From an uncultured Candidatus Saccharibacteria bacterium (GTDB lineage Bacteria > Patescibacteriota > Minisyncoccia > Phycocordibacterales > UBA9973): DNA of 64,000 nt. Below are positions 47,972 to 57,973 of this stretch, piece by piece. A program made the position numbers and the translations under genes. The notes below the pieces were generated by a model. The model was not told the DNA's origin and did no database searches. It saw only the letters and a list, made by a program, of their open reading frames with translations. Within the stretch, counting starts at the first letter, position 1. Each line of letters opens with the position of its first letter. Location of the stretch: positions 71,265 to 135,264 of the forward strand of contig CAZBZO010000001.1 in assembly GCA_964496425.1 (NCBI GenBank), read 5' to 3'.

Positions 47972-50092
47972 TTATACTTCAAAGGATCCGTTGATTACTC
48001 CTTTTTTAACCGCAATCGGTGGTGAAGAATAGACCGTGCGGTAACCACCTCCTTCATTTTTCTGATCTATCTTTACATAGTAGGTGCCGTTTGCTACCAA
48101 ACAGAGATACCGTCCTTGCACATCAGCGACACAGTTTTTGATCTGAGTATTCGTTGCTTGAGAGAATACGCGCACCACAGCAAATGGTATACCGTAGCCG
48201 GTATCTTTTTCAAAAATAACACCTTTCACCTTTTCCTTGATTCCGATCCGGCGCATGATAAACATTAGCGCGTAGAGTCCGAGAATGGCAAATGTATACG
48301 GTTTTGTTATCACGAAAGCCGCAAACACTGAAAGCAGAAAACCTGCATAGAAAAATACTTTTGAAACTTGGTGCGCGGCAACATGCCATTTGGAATAAAA
48401 TCGCATAATCTTGCGATCACGTTTCGCGACTTCGTTCCAGTCAACTCCAATCGCATCCATTGGAATATTTTTATTAATAATATCACCATCATTTTCTATT
48501 ACGATTTCCTCGCCAAAATAAAGTTCTTTGTAAAATTCATCCGCGCCCACACCTGAGAGACGAAGAGATGGAAAACGGTAGTTGGTTTTATTTACCAAAA
48601 TTTTATAGGTGCCTTTTTTGACAATAAATCCATAGCGACCATCGAGGTCGGTAATTGCGCTAGAAATTTCCTTACCATTTACATCTTGAAGAGAGACATA
48701 GACTGGATCAAGCGGTTGTTTGGTCACTGAGTCATAGACAATACCCCATGATTTTCGTCTGACACCGAGCGCTGAGAGAATCAGTGAGCCAATACGAAAC
48801 GGAATAAGTGCGATCTCGGAAATATTGAGGACGGTGATAAGCGTCGGTACTGCAGTCGCAACACCAATCGCCACGCCGGCACCTGTCACAATATTGGAAA
48901 AGTTTCGTCCGATGTCTGTTGAGAGTGTATTACTTACTGTATTGATAATTTGATTAGTAGTATTTTGTATTGCTTGACCCACACTCGTTGTTTCTTCAAC
49001 AGTGGGAGTCTCTTCGTTTAAATAAAATCCATCCCCTGATATATCAACGCTGCTTAGGTCATCATCATTTTTTTTACCTCCTCCGCCACCTCCGCCATTA
49101 TTTGTTCCTTGGTCACTTGGAGTAGGATCTTCCGATCCTCCATCCTCAACAGGAGGATCTTCCCCTGGATCTATTGGATCTTCTTCAGGGTCTTCTTCAC
49201 TTCCACCACCACCGCCACCGCCTGAAAAAGTCCTTCCACCTTCATTGTTATCAAGCGAACCAGTACATCCTGTATCTGCAGGATAATCGATAAGTCCATC
49301 ATTATCATTATCGTCACCATCATCACAGGCAGGGCCTTCGTTGATACTTTCTGCCGAAGCGCATCCAGCGTCAGCTGGATAGTCAGTTTCTCCATCGTTG
49401 TCGTTATCAAGACCATCACTACACTGAGCAGCTGCCTCCGCATTTCCGCTTGTAGAACTACAGCTCGTATCTTCAGGGTAGTCAGTATCCCCGTCGCTGT
49501 CGTTATCAAAACCGTCATTGCATTGGGTCCCCCAATCGGTTTTAACACACGTACCAGCATCTTCGCAGTCAAATTTGATCCACCCAACATTTTGTCCCCA
49601 GGCATAGCCAAGAAACTCACCGTCCGTAATTAAAACTCGTGCAAAATCAGCATCTTCATTGTCAAATGGTCCAAAATTGATCCAACCAACATTTTGACCC
49701 CAGGCATAGCCGGAGAGCTGAGAAAGCATATCTGTCCCAATTGCCGGAGTATCAATGATATTATTCTCTACCTTAAAATCACTATCGGCGCAGGAGTTAC
49801 TGCCATTGGCACAATTGAGGCTAATCCACCCGTATTTTTCTCCCCACGCATAGCCGGAGAGTTCGGTGTCTGTGATTACAACATTATTAACTGAAATGCC
49901 TGGCTCGGTAAAGTAGCCGAAGTTAATGAGACTACTATCACGCATGACCTCTGCGGTATATGATCCATCATTGTCAGGATTAATACTTCCTGTTACTGCA
50001 TGGCTGATAGCAGGTAACGACAAAAAAAAGAGGAGTGCTACAAAAAACATTCTGCTTTTCGCATATGAAAAATTTCTGCCAAACACGATCAT
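47972..50092 (-). CDS. Membrane-anchored surface protein: GYAWG..GWI repeats, three Asp/Cys Ca-binding-like repeats, TM segments, two carboxypeptidase-regulatory-like domains
   Basis: SGYAWGQNVGWINF x3; C.DG.DND.DG..DYP.D..C x3; WGIVYDSVTKQPLDP..TDLDGRYGF. Confidence 0.75.
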   Translation of the reverse strand: MIVFGRNFSYAKSRMFFVALLFFLSLPAISHAVTGSINPDNDGSYTAEVMRDSSLINFGYFTEPGISVNNVVITDTELSGYAWGEKYGWISLNCANGSNSCADSDFKVENNIIDTPAIGTDMLSQLSGYAWGQNVGWINFGPFDNEDADFARVLITDGEFLGYAWGQNVGWIKFDCEDAGTCVKTDWGTQCNDGFDNDSDGDTDYPEDTSCSSTSGNAEAAAQCSDGLDNDNDGETDYPADAGCASAESINEGPACDDGDDNDNDGLIDYPADTGCTGSLDNNEGGRTFSGGGGGGGSEEDPEEDPIDPGEDPPVEDGGSEDPTPSDQGTNNGGGGGGGKKNDDDLSSVDISGDGFYLNEETPTVEETTSVGQAIQNTTNQIINTVSNTLSTDIGRNFSNIVTGAGVAIGVATAVPTLITVLNISEIALIPFRIGSLILSALGVRRKSWGIVYDSVTKQPLDPVYVSLQDVNGKEISSAITDLDGRYGFIVKKGTYKILVNKTNYRFPSLRLSGVGADEFYKELYFGEEIVIENDGDIINKNIPMDAIGVDWNEVAKRDRKIMRFYSKWHVAAHQVSKVFFYAGFLLSVFAAFVITKPYTFAILGLYALMFIMRRIGIKEKVKGVIFEKDTGYGIPFAVVRVFSQATNTQIKNCVADVQGRYLCLVANGTYYVKIDQKNEGGGYRTVYSSPPIAVKKGVINGSFEV

Positions 50093-50107
50093 AGATATGA
50101 TTATATA

Positions 50108-52012
50108 TTAAATTTCAAATGCACGGTTGATACAACCACGACGGACCATGAAAGGTGCTGATGTAAACGTACGCATCACAGCATCCGACTGATCAAGTTC
50201 GCTGATTTCTACATAGTAGCGACCCTTCGGTACTAATGCATAGTACACTCCTTCGGTATCGGTTTTTTTATGTCCGATTTCAGTATGGAGTTCCGCCTTA
50301 AATATTTTTATAAGTGCCCGCGAAATTGGAGCTTTAGTATTTTTATCAATAACGATTCCGTACGGACTCATAATACTGCCCGCGCGGAGAGAAATAAGAT
50401 ATATGAGTATGTAAAGTGCAAAGAGTGCCAGGTTAAGAAACGTTGGGTATGCAAATGCAGTAATGGTCGATAGTCCAAAGCCTATCCAAAACAAGATATG
50501 CAGTATTAGAGCGAGAGAGCGCTTAATACGCGAGACACGAAATACCACAAGGCGTTGATTTATTTTTTCGGTTACATTGAAATCGGGTCGGGTACGGGTC
50601 GGATCCATGGGAATATTTTTAATAATAACTTTTACATTATCAGACACGGTCATATCAGCTCCAAAATAAAGGTCGTCATAATATCCATCATTTTTTTTAC
50701 CAGCCAACAAGCTTGATGGAAATCGATAATTACTATGTGTTGCAGTGAGTCGATAGAGCCCACGCTTGACCAAAAATCCATACCGACCAGAAAGATCGGT
50801 GATTGCCGTGTTAACTTCTTCGCCATGCGCTCCAAATAATGTGACATATACGGGGTCAAGTGGTTCTTTGAGTTCACTATCATACACAACTCCCCACAGG
50901 CGGATACGGACTCCTATCAAAAAAAGAGCGAGCGAGCCAATTTGTGATGGCACAAAGAAACTCGCCAAACTACTGGCAAATATTCCACCAGCAAGTGCCG
51001 TGACGAGGGCAAGTGCGCCGATCAACCCCGGAGGAACATCACTTAGGAACACGTCCGACAAAAATGAAGCAACAATATCGCTTGCGGAAGTGACTACCTC
51101 TACTACTGTATTGAAAAATTCTGTTATTGATGGGGTCGGATCATCTCCCGTAGCGTCAGGATCAGTGTTGCCGGGAATGGTAGGGTCACTCTCATCTCCA
51201 TCATCGATTGATGAAGGACAATCAACGGTACTTGTTTGCACACCAGAAACTTCTGGACACACGTCAGATGAATCACCGCTATCGTCCGGTGTAACAGGAC
51301 AACTTGCTGCACTTGTTTGGATGCCAGAAATATTTGGACATTTATCTATGCCTTTATCAATCGGAAGAGGGCAAAAACTTGGACTGGTTTGAATACCCAC
51401 CAGATTTGGACAATGGTCAATTGGCGGTGCGCATAAGGTATTGGTGATTTGGAAACCAGATACACCTGGGCATTGATCGTAAATCGGGGTTGACGGCTTT
51501 GAACCCCCACCACCGGTGCCGCCATCGTCGCCGCAATCCGCATCTGGCCGCCAGTCAGTACTCACACAGGCACCAACGACCCCACAATCAAATTGTATCC
51601 ACCCAAATGTAGCGCTCCAGGCAAAACCACTCCAATCCCCAGTCGAAGTACTAATCACTACTTCTGGCGTGGCTGAATTTTCAAAAGGACCAAAATTTAC
51701 CCAACCAGCCGTAGAACCATATGCATAGCCCGAGAGTGCACCACCACAACTATTGACGACACTCTCGCCATTCGGGCTAAAATTGATCCAGCCAATATTC
51801 TCTCCCCACGCATAGCCAGTAACTTCTTCGTCGGTAATCATAATCGGCGCGGCTCCGCCAGTTGGAAGGAAATTGACCGAGGAACCGTCCGAATACACCT
51901 TAGCAGTATTATTAGTGGCATCAATCGTACCGGTTTCGGCGTGAGCAAACGGTACGAGGCCCAATAATAAAAATTGAGTGAAGATGAAAAATAATATTTT
52001 CTGATGAAACAT
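50108..52012 (-). CDS. Paralogous membrane-anchored surface protein with D.CP..SG.QT repeats
   Basis: GYAWGENIGWINF; D.CP.V.G.Q.....C x4; WGVVYDSELKEPLDP..TDLSGRYGF. Confidence 0.75.
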   Translation of the reverse strand: MFHQKILFFIFTQFLLLGLVPFAHAETGTIDATNNTAKVYSDGSSVNFLPTGGAAPIMITDEEVTGYAWGENIGWINFSPNGESVVNSCGGALSGYAYGSTAGWVNFGPFENSATPEVVISTSTGDWSGFAWSATFGWIQFDCGVVGACVSTDWRPDADCGDDGGTGGGGSKPSTPIYDQCPGVSGFQITNTLCAPPIDHCPNLVGIQTSPSFCPLPIDKGIDKCPNISGIQTSAASCPVTPDDSGDSSDVCPEVSGVQTSTVDCPSSIDDGDESDPTIPGNTDPDATGDDPTPSITEFFNTVVEVVTSASDIVASFLSDVFLSDVPPGLIGALALVTALAGGIFASSLASFFVPSQIGSLALFLIGVRIRLWGVVYDSELKEPLDPVYVTLFGAHGEEVNTAITDLSGRYGFLVKRGLYRLTATHSNYRFPSSLLAGKKNDGYYDDLYFGADMTVSDNVKVIIKNIPMDPTRTRPDFNVTEKINQRLVVFRVSRIKRSLALILHILFWIGFGLSTITAFAYPTFLNLALFALYILIYLISLRAGSIMSPYGIVIDKNTKAPISRALIKIFKAELHTEIGHKKTDTEGVYYALVPKGRYYVEISELDQSDAVMRTFTSAPFMVRRGCINRAFEI

Positions 52013-52016
52013 ACAA

Positions 52017-52646
52017 CTACACCGGAAGCGCAAAGCCGGTCAAAAGTGCATAGGTTTTAAATATTATTGGGGATACAAACTGCCAACCAAAAAGCACGAA
52101 GAAAAGAAGGAGGAACATGCCGTATTTTTCATATGAACGGACTTGCATTTCTATGCGTGCAGGCAATAGTGCGGTCAAAATCCGTGAACCATCCAGCGGT
52201 GGGATCGGTATCAGGTTGAAAACCGCAAGAAGTAAATTGACGAGCACAATAATGCTTGCAATGACGAGAAGCGGACTCGCTCCATAGCCGAAATACACAC
52301 AAGCGCGAATAACTAAACCAAAAAAAATAGCGATGGCGAGGTTGGCAGCGATACCTGCCACAGCAACAGCAATCGTACCTCGTTTTTTGTCTCTAAAATT
52401 ATTTTCATTAAATGGTACCGGTTTTGCCCATCCGATCAAAAACCCAGCATGTGTGATCAAGAGCAAAACAGGTAGAATCACTGATCCAAATGGGTCGAGG
52501 TGCTTGAGAGGATTCAATGTCAAACGGCCCGCATAACGAGCTGTTTCATCGCCATAGGAAAGTGCCGCATATCCATGGGATACTTCATGGACAACAATAG
52601 AGAAAATAAGGATAACAATATAGAAAATAGTGTTGATTTGGTCCAT
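52017..52646 (-). CDS. Site-2 protease (M50 family)
   Basis: HEVSHG, GRLTLNPLKHLDP, FNLIPIPPLDG. Confidence 0.95.
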   Translation of the reverse strand: MDQINTIFYIVILIFSIVVHEVSHGYAALSYGDETARYAGRLTLNPLKHLDPFGSVILPVLLLITHAGFLIGWAKPVPFNENNFRDKKRGTIAVAVAGIAANLAIAIFFGLVIRACVYFGYGASPLLVIASIIVLVNLLLAVFNLIPIPPLDGSRILTALLPARIEMQVRSYEKYGMFLLLFFVLFGWQFVSPIIFKTYALLTGFALPV

Positions 52647-52747
52647 AGTGCTTGGGATTGCCTTCTTATAGAGAGTATGATACCATGAGCCACACGTAAG
52701 TTAAAAATTATTTCTTATCTACTTACTAACCCCTAACAACTATTTTT

Positions 52748-52990
52748 ATGGCAAAAGTCTGCGCAATAACTAAACAAGGTTCAATGATTGGTGGTGGCTA
52801 TTCCAACCGCACTCGTGCCACCAAATTCAACCCGACCGGCAAAGTCCGCAAGTATTCAAATCTTCAAAAAAAGAAGGTTTACATTCCTGAACTCAAAAAA
52901 ACTATGACTCTGACTATCTCCACTCGTGCGCTCCGCACCATCAACAAACGCGGCGCGTTTGTGACTCTCAAGAAAGCAGGAGTAATCTAG
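52748..52990 (+). CDS. rpmB: 50S ribosomal protein L28
   Basis: MAKVCAIT, NLQKKK, ISTRALRTI. Confidence 0.88.
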   Translation: MAKVCAITKQGSMIGGGYSNRTRATKFNPTGKVRKYSNLQKKKVYIPELKKTMTLTISTRALRTINKRGAFVTLKKAGVI

Positions 52991-53023
52991 ACAGTAAGTA
53001 GTTAGTAGTAAATAGAAAATCCC

Positions 53024-53057
53024 AATCAAAAATCCGCCTCTTGGCGGATTTTTGATT
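53024..53057. terminator. Bidirectional terminator after rpmB
   Basis: AATCAAAAATCCGCC-TCTT-GGCGGATTTTTGATT. Confidence 0.8.
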
Positions 53058-53073
53058 TACTGAAAAAATTTTA

Positions 53074-53346
53074 TTAGTGAATTTCTTCAATATAGACAGG
53101 AATTGTTTGACTAGAATCCTTTGGCTTTACTTCTACTTCAAGCATAGCGGGATATTTTGAAACTACTGTCCCATATTCAAGGTTACTTCTTTCTCCAGTA
53201 ACTGGGTCAACAATATTATACGCAATTTCATCGTCCTTATTGATTTTAGCGAACGCCTCAATCACAAATGGTTCAAGATCTCGTCCTCGTTTATCTTTTC
53301 GTCTATTGATCCCAAGAAAAGGGTCTGGTGGCATTTCATGACTCAT
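53074..53346 (-). CDS. Hypothetical protein
   Basis: 90-aa ORF with TATATT 7 nt before the ATG. Confidence 0.55.
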   Translation of the reverse strand: MSHEMPPDPFLGINRRKDKRGRDLEPFVIEAFAKINKDDEIAYNIVDPVTGERSNLEYGTVVSKYPAMLEVEVKPKDSSQTIPVYIEEIH

Positions 53347-53397
53347 ATCTTATAATATACAGTAAACTTAAATTTTGTCGAGCTTGCGGTATCAGAT

Positions 53398-54285
53398 TTA
53401 GTTAATTTTCTGAAATTTTGTTACAAGACTCTTTCCATCCGACTTCATTTCTATCGTTCCGTATTCACAAGTCCCGTAGGGCGTAATTCCATGCGCATCA
53501 ATTCGTGCCATCACTTCTGGATGCGGATGACCGTAGCGATTATCGCACCCTGCGGAAATGATTGCGTAATCAGGAGTCGTGGCCATAAGCCACGACTCAG
53601 TTGAAGATGTCTTGGACCCATGGTGGCCGAGCTTGATTACGTCAACATCGAGAATGGACGGATTAGAATTTACCCGCACGATACCTTCGGTCCGCGCCGT
53701 GGCATCCCCCATCAACATAAAAGATGTTTCGCCATACACAAGCCGCCCGACGATCGATCCATCATTTGAATTCCAGCGTGACACGTCACGATCTGGGAAA
53801 AGAACTTCGTAATAAATATTATGCTCGGTATCAAGTATGATTTTCATACCCTGAGCCGCGCCAATATGGGGCACATCTTCGGCAGCGACCGCATCATCAT
53901 AGGTTTTTCGTAAAGCGGTATCGTTCGTCGTCACCGGATCAACGATTGCTCCGATATCATATCGCCCCAGGAGCGGTATAAATCCACTATAATGGTCAGC
54001 ATCGGGATTGGTGTTGAGGATCACGTCGATACTGCGATCTCCCGCCGGTAAATACCCAGGAAGTTCGCCGAGAAGTGCCGTGCCAGGACCACCATCAATA
54101 ATCATTTGTTTGCCATTTGGCGCTTCGATATAGATTGCATCTCCTTGGCCGACATCGAGAAAATAGACTGACAAGAGATTACTTGTTTCCACTGATTGTA
54201 AGGCGATATAAAGCGTAACGATTGTCGCCGCAAACGCTAAGAGAAAAAGGGTTATCAGCAATTTTGTCCGTTTGCCACCCGCCAT
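53398..54285 (-). CDS. ComEC/Rec2-type MBL domain as a separate gene
   Basis: FLDVGQGDA, TNPDADHY, NDGSIV, MGDA, KLGHHGS, NRYGHPH. Confidence 0.9.
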   Translation of the reverse strand: MAGGKRTKLLITLFLLAFAATIVTLYIALQSVETSNLLSVYFLDVGQGDAIYIEAPNGKQMIIDGGPGTALLGELPGYLPAGDRSIDVILNTNPDADHYSGFIPLLGRYDIGAIVDPVTTNDTALRKTYDDAVAAEDVPHIGAAQGMKIILDTEHNIYYEVLFPDRDVSRWNSNDGSIVGRLVYGETSFMLMGDATARTEGIVRVNSNPSILDVDVIKLGHHGSKTSSTESWLMATTPDYAIISAGCDNRYGHPHPEVMARIDAHGITPYGTCEYGTIEMKSDGKSLVTKFQKIN

Positions 54286-54351
54286 GTATACAGTATACTA
54301 AAACCATAGAGGCTTCGTCATTCTCTTCTTATTCATACGTAATACTATTAT

Positions 54352-54945
54352 ATGGAATATTTCACTGCAAAAACTTTCAAAATCCCTGAGCTTAAGGGAA
54401 TTTCCGGAAAAAATATTGAGGAACATTTGAAGCTTTATGCTGGCTATGTAAAATTTTCAAATTATATTTTAAATCAGATTGGTGAGCTCGCAAAAGATAC
54501 CGAGAAAAACTCGTATGAGTTAGGCGAACTCCAGCGTCGCTTCTCATTTGAATGGGGTGGTATGCGAAACCATGAAATTTATTTTGCTCAGTTTGAAGGC
54601 GGGCCGAATGCACTTGCTGAAAATTCAAATCTCCGCGCAATGATTGAAAAACAATGGGGCTCTTTTGATGCATTTCTCGCCCGTTTCAAAGCCGTGGCTA
54701 TGACTCGCGGCGTCGGCTGGGCGATGCTCTACTACGATAAAGAAAGTGGCCATCTTCTTACACAATGGGTCGAGGAGCAACATATCGGACACCTCGCTGG
54801 TCTCTCCCCGATCCTCGCACTCGACATGTGGGAACATGCCTATGTCTACGATTATCTCACCAGCGAAAAGAAAAAATACGTCGAAGCCTTTTTCGAGAAT
54901 TTAAATTGGACAATTATCGAAGAGAATTTCAATGGAATTAAATAA
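54352..54945 (+). CDS. sod: Fe/Mn superoxide dismutase family protein
   Basis: EEHLKLYAGYV, GMRNHEIYF, LDMWEHAY. Confidence 0.88.
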   Translation: MEYFTAKTFKIPELKGISGKNIEEHLKLYAGYVKFSNYILNQIGELAKDTEKNSYELGELQRRFSFEWGGMRNHEIYFAQFEGGPNALAENSNLRAMIEKQWGSFDAFLARFKAVAMTRGVGWAMLYYDKESGHLLTQWVEEQHIGHLAGLSPILALDMWEHAYVYDYLTSEKKKYVEAFFENLNWTIIEENFNGIK

Positions 54946-55008
54946 CTAACTTGCAAAAAAAATCACCCTTCAAAAGGGTGATTTTTCATAAATATAAGTT
55001 AGAGAACT

Positions 55009-56328
55009 TTACCAGTTGAATATAACTCCGCCATCTTGGCCTTTCGCTCCTGGGGATCCATCGGTTTCGTGACCACCATGGCCACCAGCGCCTCCTTTTC
55101 CTGCAATATCAGAAGCACCAGGGATACCGCCCGTACCAGTTCCAGTTCCACCCTCTTTACCATCTCCACCTTCGCCCCCCGGGTAAGAACTATCTCCTCC
55201 TGATCCCCCATTTTCTCCTCCACAAGAATCACCACTCGTATGCCCACCACTACCTTCGTGGCCATTCGTCAGAACAGCTGCACCACCAGTTGTGGCGGTA
55301 ATAATTCCATCTTTCAAAAGATCATAGGGAATGTTTGGATTCGCAATTATATCAACACTTGATAATGCACCGCTTTTACCTGAGAATCCATCTTTACCTG
55401 AAGACAATAAATTTCCTTTCTCCCCACCAGCTCCACCAGCTCCACCCATGGCGACACGTAATTTATTTACATCACTCGGAACAACAGCACTACAGAGTTC
55501 AGGGAACTTCGTTGCATCACACATGATAGTCACATTACCTGAGCCGCCAGCACCACCGCCCGAACCAGAACATGCAGATGCATTCCCTGCTGATCCGCCA
55601 CCACCGCCGCCACCACCGCCACTCGTAATTTTCTTAATGCTCTTGAAGGCTTCTACCAACTTCGGTGTACGAAAATAATAATCACCGGCAACAGTAAACG
55701 TTTTTGTTCCTGTTGCTTGCAAATAACTGTCGTCTTCATAAATCATAAACCATGTATCACTTTGATCAGTTGCAGCATCTACCCACGTAATATCGAAGTC
55801 GCCAGGATCTTGACCATTTATTACTTTAACTGCGTTACGAACTGTTGCTGAGACTTTGTAGAAGCCCCCAAAGCCTCCGAGTTGCGTAAGTGCAAAGCTC
55901 TGTGAGCCATCATCAGTGGTAGAACCAGCAAACGATGGTTGAATTGGAGTACCCTCCTTGTACGCCCAGAGACGACTTGAATCACTCACAAGTTTAACGG
56001 TAACATTCGGAGCACCATCAGTTGTAGGGACATTGCAGGTAGCCCATGTGACAGAGAGATTGTTAGTGATTTTTTGATCAATAGCGGTATTAGGAGCAGT
56101 CACCTTAATATGTGGTACTCCATCAGCACAAAGTTCGGTAAATGAAGGGTCAAGAGCAATTACTCCACCACCACTTTGACCTTTGATGGGTGGCAGGACT
56201 TTACCAGTTTGTTCTCCGACACCACGATCAGAGAGATTGTTTACAATAAAATATCCAGCACCAGCGATGATCACGATCAAGAGGATGATTCGGATCGAAC
56301 TATATTCAGGATTGTTAAAAAAATTCAT
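55009..56328 (-). CDS. Membrane-anchored protein with an Ig-like domain and a C-terminal glycine-rich domain
   Basis: N-terminal TM; IKVTAPN..VTW..DQSDTWF; GGGGGGG..SGGGAGGSG..G.DGGVIFNW. Confidence 0.7.
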   Translation of the reverse strand: MNFFNNPEYSSIRIILLIVIIAGAGYFIVNNLSDRGVGEQTGKVLPPIKGQSGGGVIALDPSFTELCADGVPHIKVTAPNTAIDQKITNNLSVTWATCNVPTTDGAPNVTVKLVSDSSRLWAYKEGTPIQPSFAGSTTDDGSQSFALTQLGGFGGFYKVSATVRNAVKVINGQDPGDFDITWVDAATDQSDTWFMIYEDDSYLQATGTKTFTVAGDYYFRTPKLVEAFKSIKKITSGGGGGGGGGSAGNASACSGSGGGAGGSGNVTIMCDATKFPELCSAVVPSDVNKLRVAMGGAGGAGGEKGNLLSSGKDGFSGKSGALSSVDIIANPNIPYDLLKDGIITATTGGAAVLTNGHEGSGGHTSGDSCGGENGGSGGDSSYPGGEGGDGKEGGTGTGTGGIPGASDIAGKGGAGGHGGHETDGSPGAKGQDGGVIFNW

Positions 56329-56467
56329 GCAAAAAATTGGCGAGCAGTTTTTGGCTCGCTACTAAAGTTTATTAATAGAATCTACGCCTTGACCAAGGTA
56401 TAGATGCGTAGGCATACGATAAGTATATATTTTTACTAAAGTTGAGGAAAGCATTGGTGGGGATAAC

Positions 56468-57967
56468 TTATTTTTCCTCATATTTCAGCCTCTCTATCTT
56501 TGGGGCAGATTTTCGCAGTGTATACACCCACCAAAGCAAAAGCCCATAGAGGACGATTGGGATAATGAACGGAATATGAGAAAAGGTAATCGCCGCAAAT
56601 GGAAGCGTAGCGCCCATATGTACAACTGCTACGATGTATGAAAGAAGAGTACCAGCTATAAAAGTTACCGGAATTGCCAACACAACTGAGAGTGCAGCCA
56701 GTGGCAAGATAAGCATGCCCAAAAACATCGTAAGTGGAATAATCGGCAAGACAAGGAGATTAACCGGGAGCGAAATGATTGAGAAAATCCCCATTTTATA
56801 AAGAATAAACGGCAAAACAGCGATTTGTGCGGCCAATGTCGCAGCAGCAAGATCACGGAATGTTTTGGAGCGTATCCACCAAAGTTTAGCTTCAAAATAT
56901 GGAGCAATATAAATAAGTCCAAGTGTTGCCAAGACAGAAAGCTGAAACGAAACGTCGAAGATCAGTATTTTTGGACTGAGAAGCACCATAAGAAATACGG
57001 CGGCTATAAGTGCCCGTTCAATTTTAAAATCCCGGCCACTTGCTCGTGCGATCAAGACGAGAATTGCCATAATCCCCGCCCGCACTGCGGTCGCTTGCGC
57101 GCCCGTCATGAGTACAAAAAGAATAATGGTCGCAATACCAAGCCAGGTCGCAAGCATGGTGGCAAAAAATACATGGGCGGCTTTCATAATACCTTCTGCC
57201 ACAATGGTGACATTGTAGCCTGAGAGTGCCACAATATGGATCGTCCCGGTACGCACCAGATCGCTTCGTATTTCTGGTGAAAGTGATTGCTTTGCCCCAA
57301 GAAGTAGTCCGGCCATCAAAGTACTTTTGGGCTCAGGTAATGTAACTTGAAATATATCAACAAGCGATCGTTTAAAAGCAAAAAGGTGCGCTTTCAAAAA
57401 ATTACCATGGCCAGAGGAGACAACAGAAACAGTCGCAAACGGCATCAAGAAATAAATATCATCTTTGGAAAGGTAAGAAGTATAATCAAACTCGCTTCCA
57501 GTATCAGTAATGAAATTTTCAGGTTCAGTAATTTTTCCTGTGATCTCGATGGTGTCGCCGTAATGAAATTCTGGATAGCGAGCAGTCGTAACAAGAATGT
57601 AAGTGTTCTTATCTTCAATGCTCACTGTTAGTTTTTGACTATTGGCTCTCATGTCCGGCTCATCAACAACAATCCCCGAGAGTACCGTGGATTCGCCTAC
57701 TGTTTCAAGAAGTGACTGGTCGGGAAAAGTATCGACCGAAGCAAAGCGCGCAATCCCACACGAAAAAGATGCGAGTGCTATTGGAATCAAGAGGAAAGCA
57801 CTCTTTTTAGAATGAATTGCAAAAAGCAACAAAGCACCAGCTGCACCACCAAGGAAAATGAGAACAAAAAAAATTGATACGGGGAGAAATGATCGGATCG
57901 CAATTCCAAACAAAAATGAGAAGAGGATAGTGAGTAGTAGTTTGTCTCGTACAACGTACCGAGTCAT
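56468..57967 (-). CDS. comEC: ComEC competence channel (OB + Competence domains, no MBL)
   Basis: FDYTSYL, GTIHIVALSGYN, AVRAGIM, SFQLSVLATLG. Confidence 0.92.
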   Translation of the reverse strand: MTRYVVRDKLLLTILFSFLFGIAIRSFLPVSIFFVLIFLGGAAGALLLFAIHSKKSAFLLIPIALASFSCGIARFASVDTFPDQSLLETVGESTVLSGIVVDEPDMRANSQKLTVSIEDKNTYILVTTARYPEFHYGDTIEITGKITEPENFITDTGSEFDYTSYLSKDDIYFLMPFATVSVVSSGHGNFLKAHLFAFKRSLVDIFQVTLPEPKSTLMAGLLLGAKQSLSPEIRSDLVRTGTIHIVALSGYNVTIVAEGIMKAAHVFFATMLATWLGIATIILFVLMTGAQATAVRAGIMAILVLIARASGRDFKIERALIAAVFLMVLLSPKILIFDVSFQLSVLATLGLIYIAPYFEAKLWWIRSKTFRDLAAATLAAQIAVLPFILYKMGIFSIISLPVNLLVLPIIPLTMFLGMLILPLAALSVVLAIPVTFIAGTLLSYIVAVVHMGATLPFAAITFSHIPFIIPIVLYGLLLWWVYTLRKSAPKIERLKYEEK

Positions 57968-57973
57968 AGTGTT

